Positions 1 to 8,333 of a stretch of 64,000 nucleotides of DNA are shown here, one piece after another. Positions within the stretch are counted from its first letter, which is position 1. Each line of letters begins with the position of its first letter. The notes below the pieces were generated by a model. That model saw only the letters and a program-made list of their open reading frames with translations. It was not told the origin of the DNA and ran no database searches. The position numbers and the translations under genes were made by a program. Location: contig JBAZGT010000004.1 in assembly GCA_041652735.1 (NCBI GenBank), positions 21,916 through 85,915 of the forward strand, written 5' to 3'. Origin of the DNA: Dehalococcoidales bacterium. GTDB lineage: Bacteria; Chloroflexota; Dehalococcoidia; Dehalococcoidales; RBG-16-60-22.

Positions 1-671
1 GCCCAGGTTAAAGCGGAGCCGCCCAGCACGCCGGTCACGGCCAGCGTGTGCAGCTGTAAAATATCGAAGGTCTGTGTGTTGAAATACAGTATTAAAATAC
101 CCGCCAGGAAACCGAAATCCCCGATGCGGGTGACGATAAAGGCTTTCTTGGCGGCGTCCGCGGCCGACTTCTTGTGGAACCAGAAACCGATGAGGAGATA
201 GGAGCAAAGCCCCACCATCTCCCAGAACACGAAGGTAAAGAGCAGGTTATCAGAGAGCACCAGCCCCAGCATGGAGAAGGTGAACAGGGACATGTAGGTG
301 TAATAGCGGTAGTAGCCGGCCTCGTCATGTTGCATGTAGCCCAGCGAGTATATCTGCACCATCAAAGAGACCACGGATACCACCACCGCCATCACGGCGG
401 CCAGCTGGTCCATGATGATGCCCACGTGGAAATGGAAATTGCCGATAGCCAGCCAACTTACGTCCGGCACGGCTATTTCATGGCTGTCCGCGGACATCAC
501 GGATCCCAGCGCCCACACGGAGAACACCGCCGAAAGGCCTATCGCCAGGATGGTGACATAGCCGTAAATCTTTGATTTACGGTCGATAAACGGCCTCAGC
601 AACAGCCCGTTGATGATAAAGGCGAACAGCGGCAGCAGCATGATAAGCCAGATTAGCTGGTGTGGTATCAT
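1..671 (-). CDS. nuoL: NADH-quinone oxidoreductase subunit L, N-terminal ~223 codons (gene runs off the left edge)
   Basis: Own minus-strand translation from ATG at 671-669: MIPHQLIWLIMLLPLFAFIINGLL...LFTFVFWEMVGLCSYLLIGFWFHKKSAADAAKKAFIVTRIGDFGF, which is an ND5/NuoL-type signature. The frame is open to position 1, so it is absent from the ORF track. Its ATG overlaps the TGA of the upstream ORF (ATGA). Confidence 0.85.
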   Translation of the reverse strand, partial: MIPHQLIWLIMLLPLFAFIINGLLLRPFIDRKSKIYGYVTILAIGLSAVFSVWALGSVMSADSHEIAVPDVSWLAIGNFHFHVGIIMDQLAAVMAVVVSVVSLMVQIYSLGYMQHDEAGYYRYYTYMSLFTFSMLGLVLSDNLLFTFVFWEMVGLCSYLLIGFWFHKKSAADAAKKAFIVTRIGDFGFLAGILILYFNTQTFDILQLHTLAVTGVLGGSALTW

Positions 672-862
672 AGCTTCCTCAGAATGTCCTCGATAACGTG
701 TTTTTTATCCTGCGGCACCAGGACGGCATAGTCCGCTATCTCCTGCCCGATGGGCAGGCCTTCACGCGGCATGATGCGGGTGGGAATGCCTTCGCCCTCG
801 AAGCATTCTTTCCACATTTCCGCCACGGCCAGCGACTGCGCCTTTTTAACTTCTATCCACAT
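668..862 (-). CDS. small soluble DUF2007-like protein (putative signal-transducing, 64 aa)
   Basis: ORF track. The pattern ...SLAVAEMWKECFEGEGIPTRIM...DYAVLVPQDKKHVIEDILRKL resembles the DUF2007 family layout (A.ae..k..Le.eGIp ... vlVp..d...a.eiL). It is translationally coupled to nuoL through an ATGA overlap. The SD is weak. Confidence 0.55.
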   Translation of the reverse strand: MWIEVKKAQSLAVAEMWKECFEGEGIPTRIMPREGLPIGQEIADYAVLVPQDKKHVIEDILRKL

Positions 863-885
863 ATATGTAATTTAAGTAGCAACTG

Positions 886-933
886 ACAAGTAACAAGTAT
901 CAAGGGGGAATAGGGGGGCGGGTTGTTACTTGT
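886..933 (-). other. AT-rich hairpin between the two small ORFs inside the nuo operon
   Basis: ACAAGTAACAA (886-896) pairs with TTGTTACTTGT (923-933), giving an 11-bp stem and a 26-nt C-rich loop. The arms are built from duplicated ACAAGTA heptads. No U-tract follows. Confidence 0.5.
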
Positions 934-950
934 TTCTTGTTACTTTCCCT

Positions 951-1097
951 CTACATTCCTACCACATGATTGCCCAGGAACCACGGCCAGACCACGATGC
1001 CCAGGATAATTTTCCACCAGGCCAGCTGGGCAAAGCCGATAGTAAATAGCCAACCCGCGAACCAGAAAGCCCCCGCGAAACTGCCGGCATTCTTCAT
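951..1097 (-). CDS. unannotated 48-aa Trp-rich small membrane protein (two hydrophobic spans)
   Basis: Own translation: MKNAGSFAGAFWFAGWLFTIGFAQLAWWKIILGIVVWPWFLGNHVVGM, ending in TAG. GGAGGAGGA lies 8 nt upstream of the ATG. The ORF starts 27 nt after the nuoK stop. Third codon positions are GC-rich. It falls below the length cutoff of the ORF track. Confidence 0.55.
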   Translation of the reverse strand: MKNAGSFAGAFWFAGWLFTIGFAQLAWWKIILGIVVWPWFLGNHVVGM

Positions 1098-1124
1098 CGT
1101 TTTCTTCCTCCTCCTGGTTATTCG

Positions 1125-1436
1125 CTACCATTTCATCAGGTTGATATCATTGGTATCTATGCCGGAAAAGTGGCGGAAGATGGCGAACACTATCGCCAGC
1201 CCCACTGCCACCTCGGCGGCGGCCACCACCATCACGAAGATGGCGAAGACCTGGCCGGTCAAAAGCTGCGGTACCACGTAGCTGGAAAACGCTACCAGGC
1301 TGATGTTGACCGCGTTCAGCATAATCTCGATGCACATCAGGATTATCACGGCGTTACGCCGCGTCAGCGCGCCGTAGAGCCCGATGCAGAACAGCACCGC
1401 GGACAGCACCAGATAATGCGTCAGTCCTATCGTCAC
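1125..1436 (-). CDS. nuoK: NADH-quinone oxidoreductase subunit K
   Basis: ORF track. 103 aa with three TM segments, MTIGLTHYLVLSAVLFCIGLYG...AAAEVAVGLAIV (ND4L-like). Operon position supports the call. Confidence 0.9.
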   Translation of the reverse strand: MTIGLTHYLVLSAVLFCIGLYGALTRRNAVIILMCIEIMLNAVNISLVAFSSYVVPQLLTGQVFAIFVMVVAAAEVAVGLAIVFAIFRHFSGIDTNDINLMKW

Positions 1437-1437
1437 G

Positions 1438-1926
1438 CTACTTCTCCCTCGTAATCACGATGGCGCCCAGAATCGCCGCCAGCAGCAGCACCGCGCCTAT
1501 CTCCACGGGTAAAATAAAACCGTTCTCGCTGAAAAGCCGGGACGCTAAAGGAGCAACGGTCGGTGATACGGGGTCGGCCGATGATATATGCCAGGGGGCG
1601 TCGGTGACCACATAGACCAGGATGCCCAGCAGCGCCGCGGCCACCACGGCGGCCGGTATCTCCAGCTTGTTCACCGGGTTGCCTTTCTGGACGTCCCGCG
1701 TCATCATGATGGCCAGAATAATCAGCACGGAAATGGCGCCTACATAGACCAGTATCTGCACGGCCGCCAGGAAGTCCGCGCTCAGGGTGATGTAAATGCC
1801 CGCCACGGCGATAAAGCAGAGTATCAGCGCCAGCGCGGCGCGGAAGATGTTGCGGATGAACAGCACGCCCAGCGCCGCCGCCACCATGACCACCGCCATT
1901 ATCCAGAAAGCCGAGGCCAGTCCCAT
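1438..1926 (-). CDS. nuoJ: NADH-quinone oxidoreductase subunit J
   Basis: ORF track. 162-aa hydrophobic ND6-like protein (...AAVQILVYVGAISVLIILAIMMT). It lies between nuoI and nuoK. Confidence 0.88.
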   Translation of the reverse strand: MGLASAFWIMAVVMVAAALGVLFIRNIFRAALALILCFIAVAGIYITLSADFLAAVQILVYVGAISVLIILAIMMTRDVQKGNPVNKLEIPAAVVAAALLGILVYVVTDAPWHISSADPVSPTVAPLASRLFSENGFILPVEIGAVLLLAAILGAIVITREK

Positions 1927-2435
1927 TACTGCTTCTTTCTCTTTTCCGTTATTTTATCCACCAGCAAAGTCTGCTCCGGCAGTTTAGCCGCGATATCCGG
2001 GTGGAAGTAGCCGCTGGCCGGGCGTTCCGGAGATTCCGCCAGGGCGTCGTCCTCCTGTACCAGGTCGGCGCGGCGGTATTTAGCCCGCTCGAAGCTGAAG
2101 CCCATGAAAAGGGCGTCGTAGGGGCAGGCCTCCACGCACAGGCCGCACTGGATACAGTAGCCGGTGTCCACCCGGTATTTGGTTACATTATATTTATTTT
2201 CCGCCGTATTGGCGGCGGTTACAATCTCGATAGCGCCCTGGGGGCAGGCCTTGGCGCAGGTGGCGCAGCCGGTGCACCGCTCCCGGCTCCAGATAAGCTC
2301 GTTGCCGCGGGTGCGGCGGGAAATATTCAGCCGCTGCTCCGGGTACTGGCTCACGGTGGGGTGGCGGAAAAGGTGCCGGATGGTGACCGTCATCCCCTTG
2401 AAAATACCCAGGCCGAAACGCTCAAACTTGAACAC
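1926..2435 (-). CDS. nuoI: NADH-quinone oxidoreductase subunit I (2x[4Fe-4S])
   Basis: ORF track. Two ferredoxin motifs are present: CTGCATCAKACP and CIQCGLCVEACP. Confidence 0.92.
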   Translation of the reverse strand: MFKFERFGLGIFKGMTVTIRHLFRHPTVSQYPEQRLNISRRTRGNELIWSRERCTGCATCAKACPQGAIEIVTAANTAENKYNVTKYRVDTGYCIQCGLCVEACPYDALFMGFSFERAKYRRADLVQEDDALAESPERPASGYFHPDIAAKLPEQTLLVDKITEKRKKQ

Positions 2436-3543
2436 GGCCCCACCCCAGTCTAAAGAATTTGGACCATATCAGTACCAGCACGCCCATCACGGCGAAGTTG
2501 ATGAATATCAGGAACCATGGCAAAGCGTCCGGCCAGGCCAGCACCTGGATGGCGGTGACGAAGAGGTTGATGATGGCCAGCGGGAAAAGGAACTTCCAGG
2601 CGAAGGCCATCAGCTGGTCGATGCGGACGCGGGGCAAAGTGGTGCGCGTCCATATCATCAGGAAAAAGACGGCGAAGGTCTTTAAAATAAACCAGAGCCA
2701 GGGCGGCAGCCAGGGGCCGCGCCAGCCGCTCAGGAAAATGGTGGTAATCACGGCGGACATGGCAATAGCCTCCGCGTATTCCACCAGGTAGAACATGGCG
2801 AACTTCATGCCGGAATACTCGGTCATGTACCCGGCCACCAGCTCCTGGTCGGCCTCAAAAAGGTCGAAGGGACTGCGGTTGATTTCCGCGCAGGCGGCGG
2901 CGAAGAAAAGCAGGAAGCCCAGCGGCTGCATTAAAATGAAGGGAATATCCTGTTTGGCGATAATATCGCTGATGGTCAGCGAGCCGGCGAACAGCACCAC
3001 GCCGACGATGGCCAGCACCATAGGTATCTCGTAGCTGACCACGGCGGCCACGTTGCGCATGGCGCCCAGCAGCGAGTACTTGTTGCCGGAGCCCCACCCC
3101 GCCATGAAAACCCCCACCGTGCCGATGGAACTGACCGCCACGATGTATAAAATGCCGATATTGAGGTCGGCCAGGACCGCGCCGTTCATAATGGGCAGCA
3201 CGGCCAGAATCATCAGCACCGGGGCGAAAGCCACGATAGGCGCGACGAAATGCACTATCTTGTCCGCGGCGGTGGGGACGATGTTTTCCTTGAGCAGCAC
3301 CTTGACGGCGTCCGCCACCGGCTGCAAAAGACCGAAAGGCCCGGTGCGGTTGGGGCCGAGGCGCGACTGCATTCTGCCCATGCCGCGGCGTTCCAGGTAA
3401 ATGGCGCCCATGACCATGGTCAGCAAAAAGCCGATGATGGCCACGCTGTAGAAGAGCCAGTGCCACCAGTAGCCGCCCGGCCAGTCCGCGGCTACCGCCG
3501 CCGCCGGCAGGCTGTTATTGGCCAGAACGTCAATGACAGTCAC
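2422..3543 (-). CDS. nuoH: NADH-quinone oxidoreductase subunit H
   Basis: ORF track. Polytopic ND1-like protein with ...RSPFDLFEADQELVAGYMTEYSGMKFAMFYLVEYA. Confidence 0.92.
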   Translation of the reverse strand: MTVIDVLANNSLPAAAVAADWPGGYWWHWLFYSVAIIGFLLTMVMGAIYLERRGMGRMQSRLGPNRTGPFGLLQPVADAVKVLLKENIVPTAADKIVHFVAPIVAFAPVLMILAVLPIMNGAVLADLNIGILYIVAVSSIGTVGVFMAGWGSGNKYSLLGAMRNVAAVVSYEIPMVLAIVGVVLFAGSLTISDIIAKQDIPFILMQPLGFLLFFAAACAEINRSPFDLFEADQELVAGYMTEYSGMKFAMFYLVEYAEAIAMSAVITTIFLSGWRGPWLPPWLWFILKTFAVFFLMIWTRTTLPRVRIDQLMAFAWKFLFPLAIINLFVTAIQVLAWPDALPWFLIFINFAVMGVLVLIWSKFFRLGWGRVQV

Positions 3544-4664
3544 TATCTATCAACTTCTCCCATGGTAATATCGATGCTGCCGAAAATCAGGATAAGGTCG
3601 GCCACTTTCCAGCCCTTGACCATTTCCCGCAAAGCGGTGAGGTTTATCAGGCTGGTGGGCCGCACGTGGCAGCGGTAGGGCGCTATAGAGTTGTCCGACA
3701 CGAGGTAATAGCCCAGCTCGCCCTTGGGCGACTCTATATGGGCGTAGGCGTCGCCGGCGGGGGGGCGGATAAGGTGGGGCACGTCCGCTTTCACGGCGCC
3801 GCCGGGTATTTGCGGCACGGCCTGCTCCAGGATACGCAGGCTCTGGCGCATCTCTTCTATCCTAACGCGGTAGCGGTCATAGCAGTCACCGGCCTCACCG
3901 GTGGGGATATCGAACTGGAAGCGGTCGTAAATGGAATAGGGGTCGTCCTTGCGCACGTCCCGCTTAACGCCGCTGGCGCGGGCGACGGGGCCGCTGATGC
4001 CGCAGTTGACGGCTATTTCTTTAGCAAGGATGCCTACGCCCTTGGCGCGGGCCAGCAGGATTTCATTCTGCTTAAGCAGGACTTCGTATTCCTCCACCCA
4101 TTTCTTGAGTCGACTGATAATTTTTTTCAGCGCGGGCAGGAACTCCGCCGGGATGTCCTGGCTGACCCCGCCGATACGCATATAGTTATAGGTCAGGCGC
4201 TGGCCGCTGACCATGTCAAATAAATCTATAATTTTTTCCCGCTCGCGGAAGGCGTACATGAAGGGCGTGTAGTAAGCCCCGGCATCGTTCAGCATGGACC
4301 CCACGGCGATGCAGTGATTGGCCAGTCTTTGCAGCTCCGCCATGATAACGCGGATGTACTCGGCGCGCTCCGGGACTTTAATGCCCGCCAGCTTTTCCAC
4401 CGCCAGGCAGTAGCCCAGGTTGTTGCTCATCGGGGAAATATAGTCCAGGCGGTCGGTGAGGGGGATAAAGCCGGTGTAGGTGCGCTCCTCCGCCAGCTTT
4501 TCCACGCCGCGGTGCAGATAGCCGAAAACCGGCTCGATGTCCAGGACGACTTCCCCGTCCAGCGTGCAGCGCATACGGAAAACGCCGTGCGTGCTGGGAT
4601 GCACCGGCCCGAAGTTTAAAACAAAAGGCTCGGTATGGAGCGTCAACTCTTCGGTAGTCGTCAC
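3543..4664 (-). CDS. nuoD: NADH-quinone oxidoreductase subunit D (49-kDa subunit)
   Basis: ORF track. ...LNFGPVHPSTHGVFRM...YLHRGVEKLAE...RCHVRPTSLINL. It directly abuts nuoH, with no nuoEFG between them. Confidence 0.93.
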   Translation of the reverse strand: MTTTEELTLHTEPFVLNFGPVHPSTHGVFRMRCTLDGEVVLDIEPVFGYLHRGVEKLAEERTYTGFIPLTDRLDYISPMSNNLGYCLAVEKLAGIKVPERAEYIRVIMAELQRLANHCIAVGSMLNDAGAYYTPFMYAFREREKIIDLFDMVSGQRLTYNYMRIGGVSQDIPAEFLPALKKIISRLKKWVEEYEVLLKQNEILLARAKGVGILAKEIAVNCGISGPVARASGVKRDVRKDDPYSIYDRFQFDIPTGEAGDCYDRYRVRIEEMRQSLRILEQAVPQIPGGAVKADVPHLIRPPAGDAYAHIESPKGELGYYLVSDNSIAPYRCHVRPTSLINLTALREMVKGWKVADLILIFGSIDITMGEVDR

Positions 4665-5104
4665 CCGTTAAAGTCCTTCCGCAAAGGATGCCCCGGGAAA
4701 CCGTCCCAGAGAAAGATGCGCTTTAGGTTGGGGTGTCCCTCGAACTTGATGCCGAAAAGGTCGAAAATCTCCCGCTCCTGGAAGTCCGCCCCCTGCCACA
4801 AAGCGGTTACGGAGGGCAGGGTGGGGTTCTCCCGGTCATAGCAGCGGGCTTTAATCATCACGGAGCGGTTGGATTCCAGCGAGGTAAGCTGGTAAACCAT
4901 CTCGAAATAGCTGTAATAGTCCACGGCGGTAACGTAGTTAAAATAGTCGAACTTCAGCCCCTCGCCGGTCTTGAGGTATTCCATCACGGCAAAAAGCGAC
5001 TCGTTTTTGACCAGCGCGCCGTTAGCCCCGACCTCTTCCGCCGCGCCGGGGAACTTGGCGTTCAACGCCGCCGCGATTTCTCTGGCCGCCAGGGATGCCG
5101 TCAC
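4661..5104 (-). CDS. nuoC: NADH-quinone oxidoreductase subunit C (30-kDa subunit)
   Basis: ORF track. ...[32 protein letters not shown]. Confidence 0.9.
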   Translation of the reverse strand: MTASLAAREIAAALNAKFPGAAEEVGANGALVKNESLFAVMEYLKTGEGLKFDYFNYVTAVDYYSYFEMVYQLTSLESNRSVMIKARCYDRENPTLPSVTALWQGADFQEREIFDLFGIKFEGHPNLKRIFLWDGFPGHPLRKDFNG

Positions 5105-5751
5105 GGTCGGTCTCCCTTTCCGCCGCCGGGCAACTTTAATTTGGGCATTTCAGGGAGGTCCGGGACGGACTTGGACCTGGCGATTTTTTCCTGTATCTTG
5201 CGGATGCCGTAAATCAGGGCTTCCGGGCGGGGCGGGCAGCCGGGGACATAAACGTCCACCGGGACAATCTTGTTATAGCCCGGCACCACGGCGTAAGACG
5301 AGCGGAAAATACCGCCGCTGATGCCGCAGGCGCCCATGGCGATAACCCACTTTGGCTCCGGCATCTGGTCATAGATGCGCCGCACACTGGGAGCCAGCTT
5401 CCAGGTAAGCGTGCCGGCGGTAATCATGAGGTCGGCCTGGCGCGGGGAAGCGCGCAGGATTTCCATGCCGAAGCGGGACAAATCAAAACGCGGCCCTTCC
5501 GCCGCGATGAACTCGAAGGCGCAGCAGGCGGGGAAGCATATGCCCGTCCAGAGGGAGGAGCGCTTGGCCCAGTTGAGCACCCAGTCCACGGTGGTAAGCA
5601 GGACGTTGCGTTTCAGGTCCTCGTCCAGCCATGCAGCGGGGTCGGGGATGGGCTCGCGGGCGCCGGACTTGAGCTTCTGGATGACCTGCCCCTCGTGGCT
5701 GTCCAGCTCGGAAGCGGTGTAGATGTAATCTTTATCGCTGCTTATTTCCAT
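5101..5751 (-). CDS. nuoB: NADH-quinone oxidoreductase subunit B (with ~50-aa N-terminal extension)
   Basis: ORF track. Motifs ...FPACCAFEF..., ...[10 protein letters not shown]... and ...[11 protein letters not shown] are the N2-cluster Cys motifs. Confidence 0.9.
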   Translation of the reverse strand: MEISSDKDYIYTASELDSHEGQVIQKLKSGAREPIPDPAAWLDEDLKRNVLLTTVDWVLNWAKRSSLWTGICFPACCAFEFIAAEGPRFDLSRFGMEILRASPRQADLMITAGTLTWKLAPSVRRIYDQMPEPKWVIAMGACGISGGIFRSSYAVVPGYNKIVPVDVYVPGCPPRPEALIYGIRKIQEKIARSKSVPDLPEMPKLKLPGGGKGDRP

Positions 5752-6113
5752 TCCAGCGCCTTCTTCTTCCAGGCATAAAGATAGCCGACCAGTATGATAA
5801 ACACCAGGATGAGCACGGCGTAAAGGCTGAAGGCGCCCAGCTCCCGGAGCTGTACCGCCCAGGGATAAAGGAATACCACCAGCACGTCAAGGGCTAAAAA
5901 GATGAGGGCGAAGAAGTAGTAGCGGAAATTGAACTGTACCCAGGTCTTGCCGATGGTCTCCATGCCGCACTCGAAAACGGAGTTTTTGACGGCGTTGGGG
6001 TGGTTGGGGTTGATTTTAAGCAGGCGCAGGATTATGGGGATAACGACCATCGTCAGGGAGAAGAGGACAGCCACGATAGAGAATAAACCTATTAATCCGT
6101 AACTGGCTAACAT
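5742..6113 (-). CDS. nuoA: NADH-quinone oxidoreductase subunit A
   Basis: ORF track. 123 aa with three TM segments, ...[10 protein letters not shown]...[14 protein letters not shown]. It is the first gene of the operon. Confidence 0.9.
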   Translation of the reverse strand: MLASYGLIGLFSIVAVLFSLTMVVIPIILRLLKINPNHPNAVKNSVFECGMETIGKTWVQFNFRYYFFALIFLALDVLVVFLYPWAVQLRELGAFSLYAVLILVFIILVGYLYAWKKKALEWK

Positions 6114-6192
6114 GATGTTTTAAATACCCGGCGGCGTTGGCCGGGCCGGAGCATGCGCAATACTCAGAAAATCAGCTTTGAGACACTGGTAA

Positions 6193-6222
6193 AGCATACC
6201 ATAAATTTTTGAGGTAAAGCAA
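6193..6222 (-). promoter_or_regulatory. candidate sigma-70 promoter of the nuo operon
   Basis: Read on the minus strand: TTGCTT (6222-6217), an 18-nt spacer, then TATGCT (6198-6193). It lies about 80 nt upstream of the nuoA ATG. Identified by eye only. Confidence 0.3.
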
Positions 6223-6371
6223 GACGGCCGCCGGAGGTTATTTCCCGCCACGCTCTACCTTGAGCAAAGTGTCTATTTCATCCAGGTGCATGTTGCGGTG
6301 GCGGGCGCGGACTAACACCTAAGTCACTTAATGCGTGTCAATCTCCGCCTTCAGGGCAGGGGGCGAAGCCT

Positions 6372-7562
6372 CTATTTCAGCCCGTACTTTTTGGCGATTT
6401 TTTCCAGGCCGGGCATGCACTTATCCAGCAGGGCATCGTCCACGCAATAGACCAGCCGGAAATAGCCGGGCGCGCCGAAAGCCACCCCGGGCACGGTCAG
6501 CACATGGTGCTCCCGCTGCAGCTCGTGCACGAAAGCCACGTCGTCCGGGATGGGGGTGCGAGGGAAGATATAGAAAGCCCCCTGCGGCTTGTTGACGGTG
6601 TAACCCATGCGCACCAGGTTGTCATAAATAAAGTCGCGGCGGCGCTGGTATTCGCCGACATGGATGGAAACGCCCTGGATATTGGTCACCACGTTCTGCA
6701 TGAAAGCCGGGGCATTGATGAAGCCCAGCACCCGCGTGCAGAACACGAAGCCGGTTATCATGTCGTCGTGGTGCTCACAGTCCGGGTGCAAAGCCACGTA
6801 GCCGATGCGCTCCCCGGCGATGGACAAATCTTTAGAGTGGGAGGTGCAGACGATGCTGTGCCGGTGGAAGTTCAGCGGCGAGGGATATTTCAGGCCGTCG
6901 TAGATAATTCTCTTGTACGGCTCGTCACTGACGATGAATATCTCCGTACCGAACTCGGCCTCTTTTTTACGCAATATGGCCGCCATCCGCGTCAACAGGT
7001 CGGCGCTGTAGACCACGCCGGTGGGGTTATTGGGGGAGTTGATCAGGATGGCTTTCGTCTTCGGGTTGATGCTTTTTTCCAGCACATCCAGCCGCGGCAG
7101 GAAATTCTCATCGGTGGGGAGGGGTTTAACGACGCCGTCATGGTTTTCCACATAGTTAAAGTAGTCCACGAACCACGGGATGAACACGATGACCTCATCA
7201 CCGGGGTCGAGGATGGTCTTGAAAGCCACGTTAATGGCGCCCGCCGCTCCCACGGACATGATAACGTCCTTCTCCGTGAGTTTGAGGCCGGTCTCTTTGG
7301 CAAGCTGGGCGGCCACGGCGGCGCGGGTGGCGGGATAGCCGGCGTTCTCCATATAGCCGTGCATCCCCGGGAAGGGCTCGTTCGCCAGGCGCTTGAGCTC
7401 GCGGCGGAACTCCGGCGGCGGCTCCATGATGGGATTGCCCAGGGAAAGGTCATAGACGTTCTCGGCGCCGAACTCCTTCTTCATGGCGATGCCTTCTTCG
7501 AACATGCGCCTGATCCATGACCCCACCTTCATGCCCTTTTTGACTCTAGCCGATACGGACAC
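6372..7562 (-). CDS. class I/II PLP-dependent aminotransferase (aspartate/aromatic type)
   Basis: ORF track. 396 aa with ...INSPNNPTGVVY... and ...TSHSKDLSIAGERIGY (PLP-lysine motif). Confidence 0.85.
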   Translation of the reverse strand: MSVSARVKKGMKVGSWIRRMFEEGIAMKKEFGAENVYDLSLGNPIMEPPPEFRRELKRLANEPFPGMHGYMENAGYPATRAAVAAQLAKETGLKLTEKDVIMSVGAAGAINVAFKTILDPGDEVIVFIPWFVDYFNYVENHDGVVKPLPTDENFLPRLDVLEKSINPKTKAILINSPNNPTGVVYSADLLTRMAAILRKKEAEFGTEIFIVSDEPYKRIIYDGLKYPSPLNFHRHSIVCTSHSKDLSIAGERIGYVALHPDCEHHDDMITGFVFCTRVLGFINAPAFMQNVVTNIQGVSIHVGEYQRRRDFIYDNLVRMGYTVNKPQGAFYIFPRTPIPDDVAFVHELQREHHVLTVPGVAFGAPGYFRLVYCVDDALLDKCMPGLEKIAKKYGLK

Positions 7563-8145
7563 CTTCGATTTCCTTTCTGCCCGCCGCGAACGCCTTGAGG
7601 TTTATCTCGCGGATATTGTCCGCCATGCGCCGGCTGATGCTTTCCTGCCAGACGGCGATATCCAGCGGCGCGAAAACGGAAAAACAGCCGAGCATGAAGA
7701 TGTTCAGCGTGCGGACATTGCCCAGAGCTTTCACTTTCCGGTTGCCGTCGATAAAATAAATCTTGTCCGTGCGCCGTTTTAACGCGGCGGCGATATCATC
7801 GTTGGAGGGGTACTTGACCTGCCCCAGCCCCACCGAAAGCGGCGGCTGCTCGTAATCGTTGATTATCACGATAGCGCCCGGCGCCAGATAATGGCTCCAG
7901 CGGGCGGCTTCCAGCTTTTCAAAGGCGAGCAGCAGGTCGGCCGTGCCTTCCTTTATCAGCGGCGAGTTCACTTTTTCCGCCAGGCGCACGTGGCTGACCA
8001 CGCTGCCGCCGCGCTGCGCCATGCCCAGCGTGTCCGTCTTTTTCACGTCGAATCCGGCGGCTAAAGCCGTTTCCCCGATGATGTCGGAAGCCAGGACGAC
8101 GCCCTGTCCCCCCACCCCGGTGATTAGTAAATCCATCTTTTTCAC
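7546..8145 (-). CDS. iorB: indolepyruvate:ferredoxin oxidoreductase subunit beta
   Basis: The track ORF 7546-8280 contains (V)KKMDLLITGVGGQGVVLASDIIGE...GMAQRGGSVVSHVRL. Its first ~45 codons are a read-through of hairpin repeats (PLTLSLSKGE, FDRLTMSG). The likely start is GTG at 8145, with GGAGA 7 nt upstream, or ATG at 8136. Confidence 0.8.
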   Translation of the reverse strand: MKKMDLLITGVGGQGVVLASDIIGETALAAGFDVKKTDTLGMAQRGGSVVSHVRLAEKVNSPLIKEGTADLLLAFEKLEAARWSHYLAPGAIVIINDYEQPPLSVGLGQVKYPSNDDIAAALKRRTDKIYFIDGNRKVKALGNVRTLNIFMLGCFSVFAPLDIAVWQESISRRMADNIREINLKAFAAGRKEIEGVRIG

Positions 8146-8157
8146 TTTAGTTTCTCC

Positions 8158-8330
8158 GCTCATGGTGAGCCTGTCGAACCATGAGGCTTTTCTAAGCTCA
8201 CCCTTCGACAAGCTCAGGGTGAGCGGAATCATTGTCTTTTCCCCTTTTCGTTCCCGTGAAAACGGGAATCCAGACCTCACCCCCTTTAATTCCCCCTCTC
8301 CGTCGACGGAGAGGGGGTTAGGAGGAGAGG
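8158..8330. repeat. cluster of three different GC-rich hairpin repeat units between iorA and iorB
   Basis: Three units are present. The first is an imperfect inverted repeat, 8158-8180 against 8202-8224 (TTCGACA.GCTCA...GAG arms). The second is the hairpin TTCCCG-tgaaaa-CGGGAA at 8251-8268. The third is the hairpin CCCCCTCTCCG-tcga-CGGAGAGGGGG at 8292-8317, followed by TTAGGAGGAGAGG. Confidence 0.8.
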
Positions 8331-8333
8331 TAA

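Noticed and set aside
940-1281. Track ORFs 940-1131 (minus, 63 aa) and 970-1281 (plus, 103 aa) in the nuoK-nuoL spacer.
   Set aside because: The minus ORF overlaps the nuoK stop and has no SD. The alternative 48-codon frame has a strong SD and a membrane-protein composition. The plus ORF is antisense to nuoK.
6114-6371. Searched this intergenic region, and 10140-10390, 18072-18312, 28415-28539, 30627-30780 and 52310-52437, for tRNA or other small RNA genes.
   Set aside because: No cloverleaf-compatible sequence (GTTCRANYC T-loop with matching acceptor stem) or other recognisable RNA gene was seen by eye. Only promoter, operator and terminator-like elements were found.
8146-8280. N-terminal 45 codons of the track ORF for iorB.
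   Set aside because: This stretch translates repeat units (PLTLSLSKGE, FDRLTMSG). A better start with an SD exists at 8145, so the CDS was truncated.
8158-8330. Hairpin repeat clusters considered as a possible CRISPR array. The clusters at 20343-20569 and 62754-62956 were considered too.
   Set aside because: The units within a cluster belong to different families. Spacing is irregular, there are no unique spacers of constant length, and there are no cas genes.
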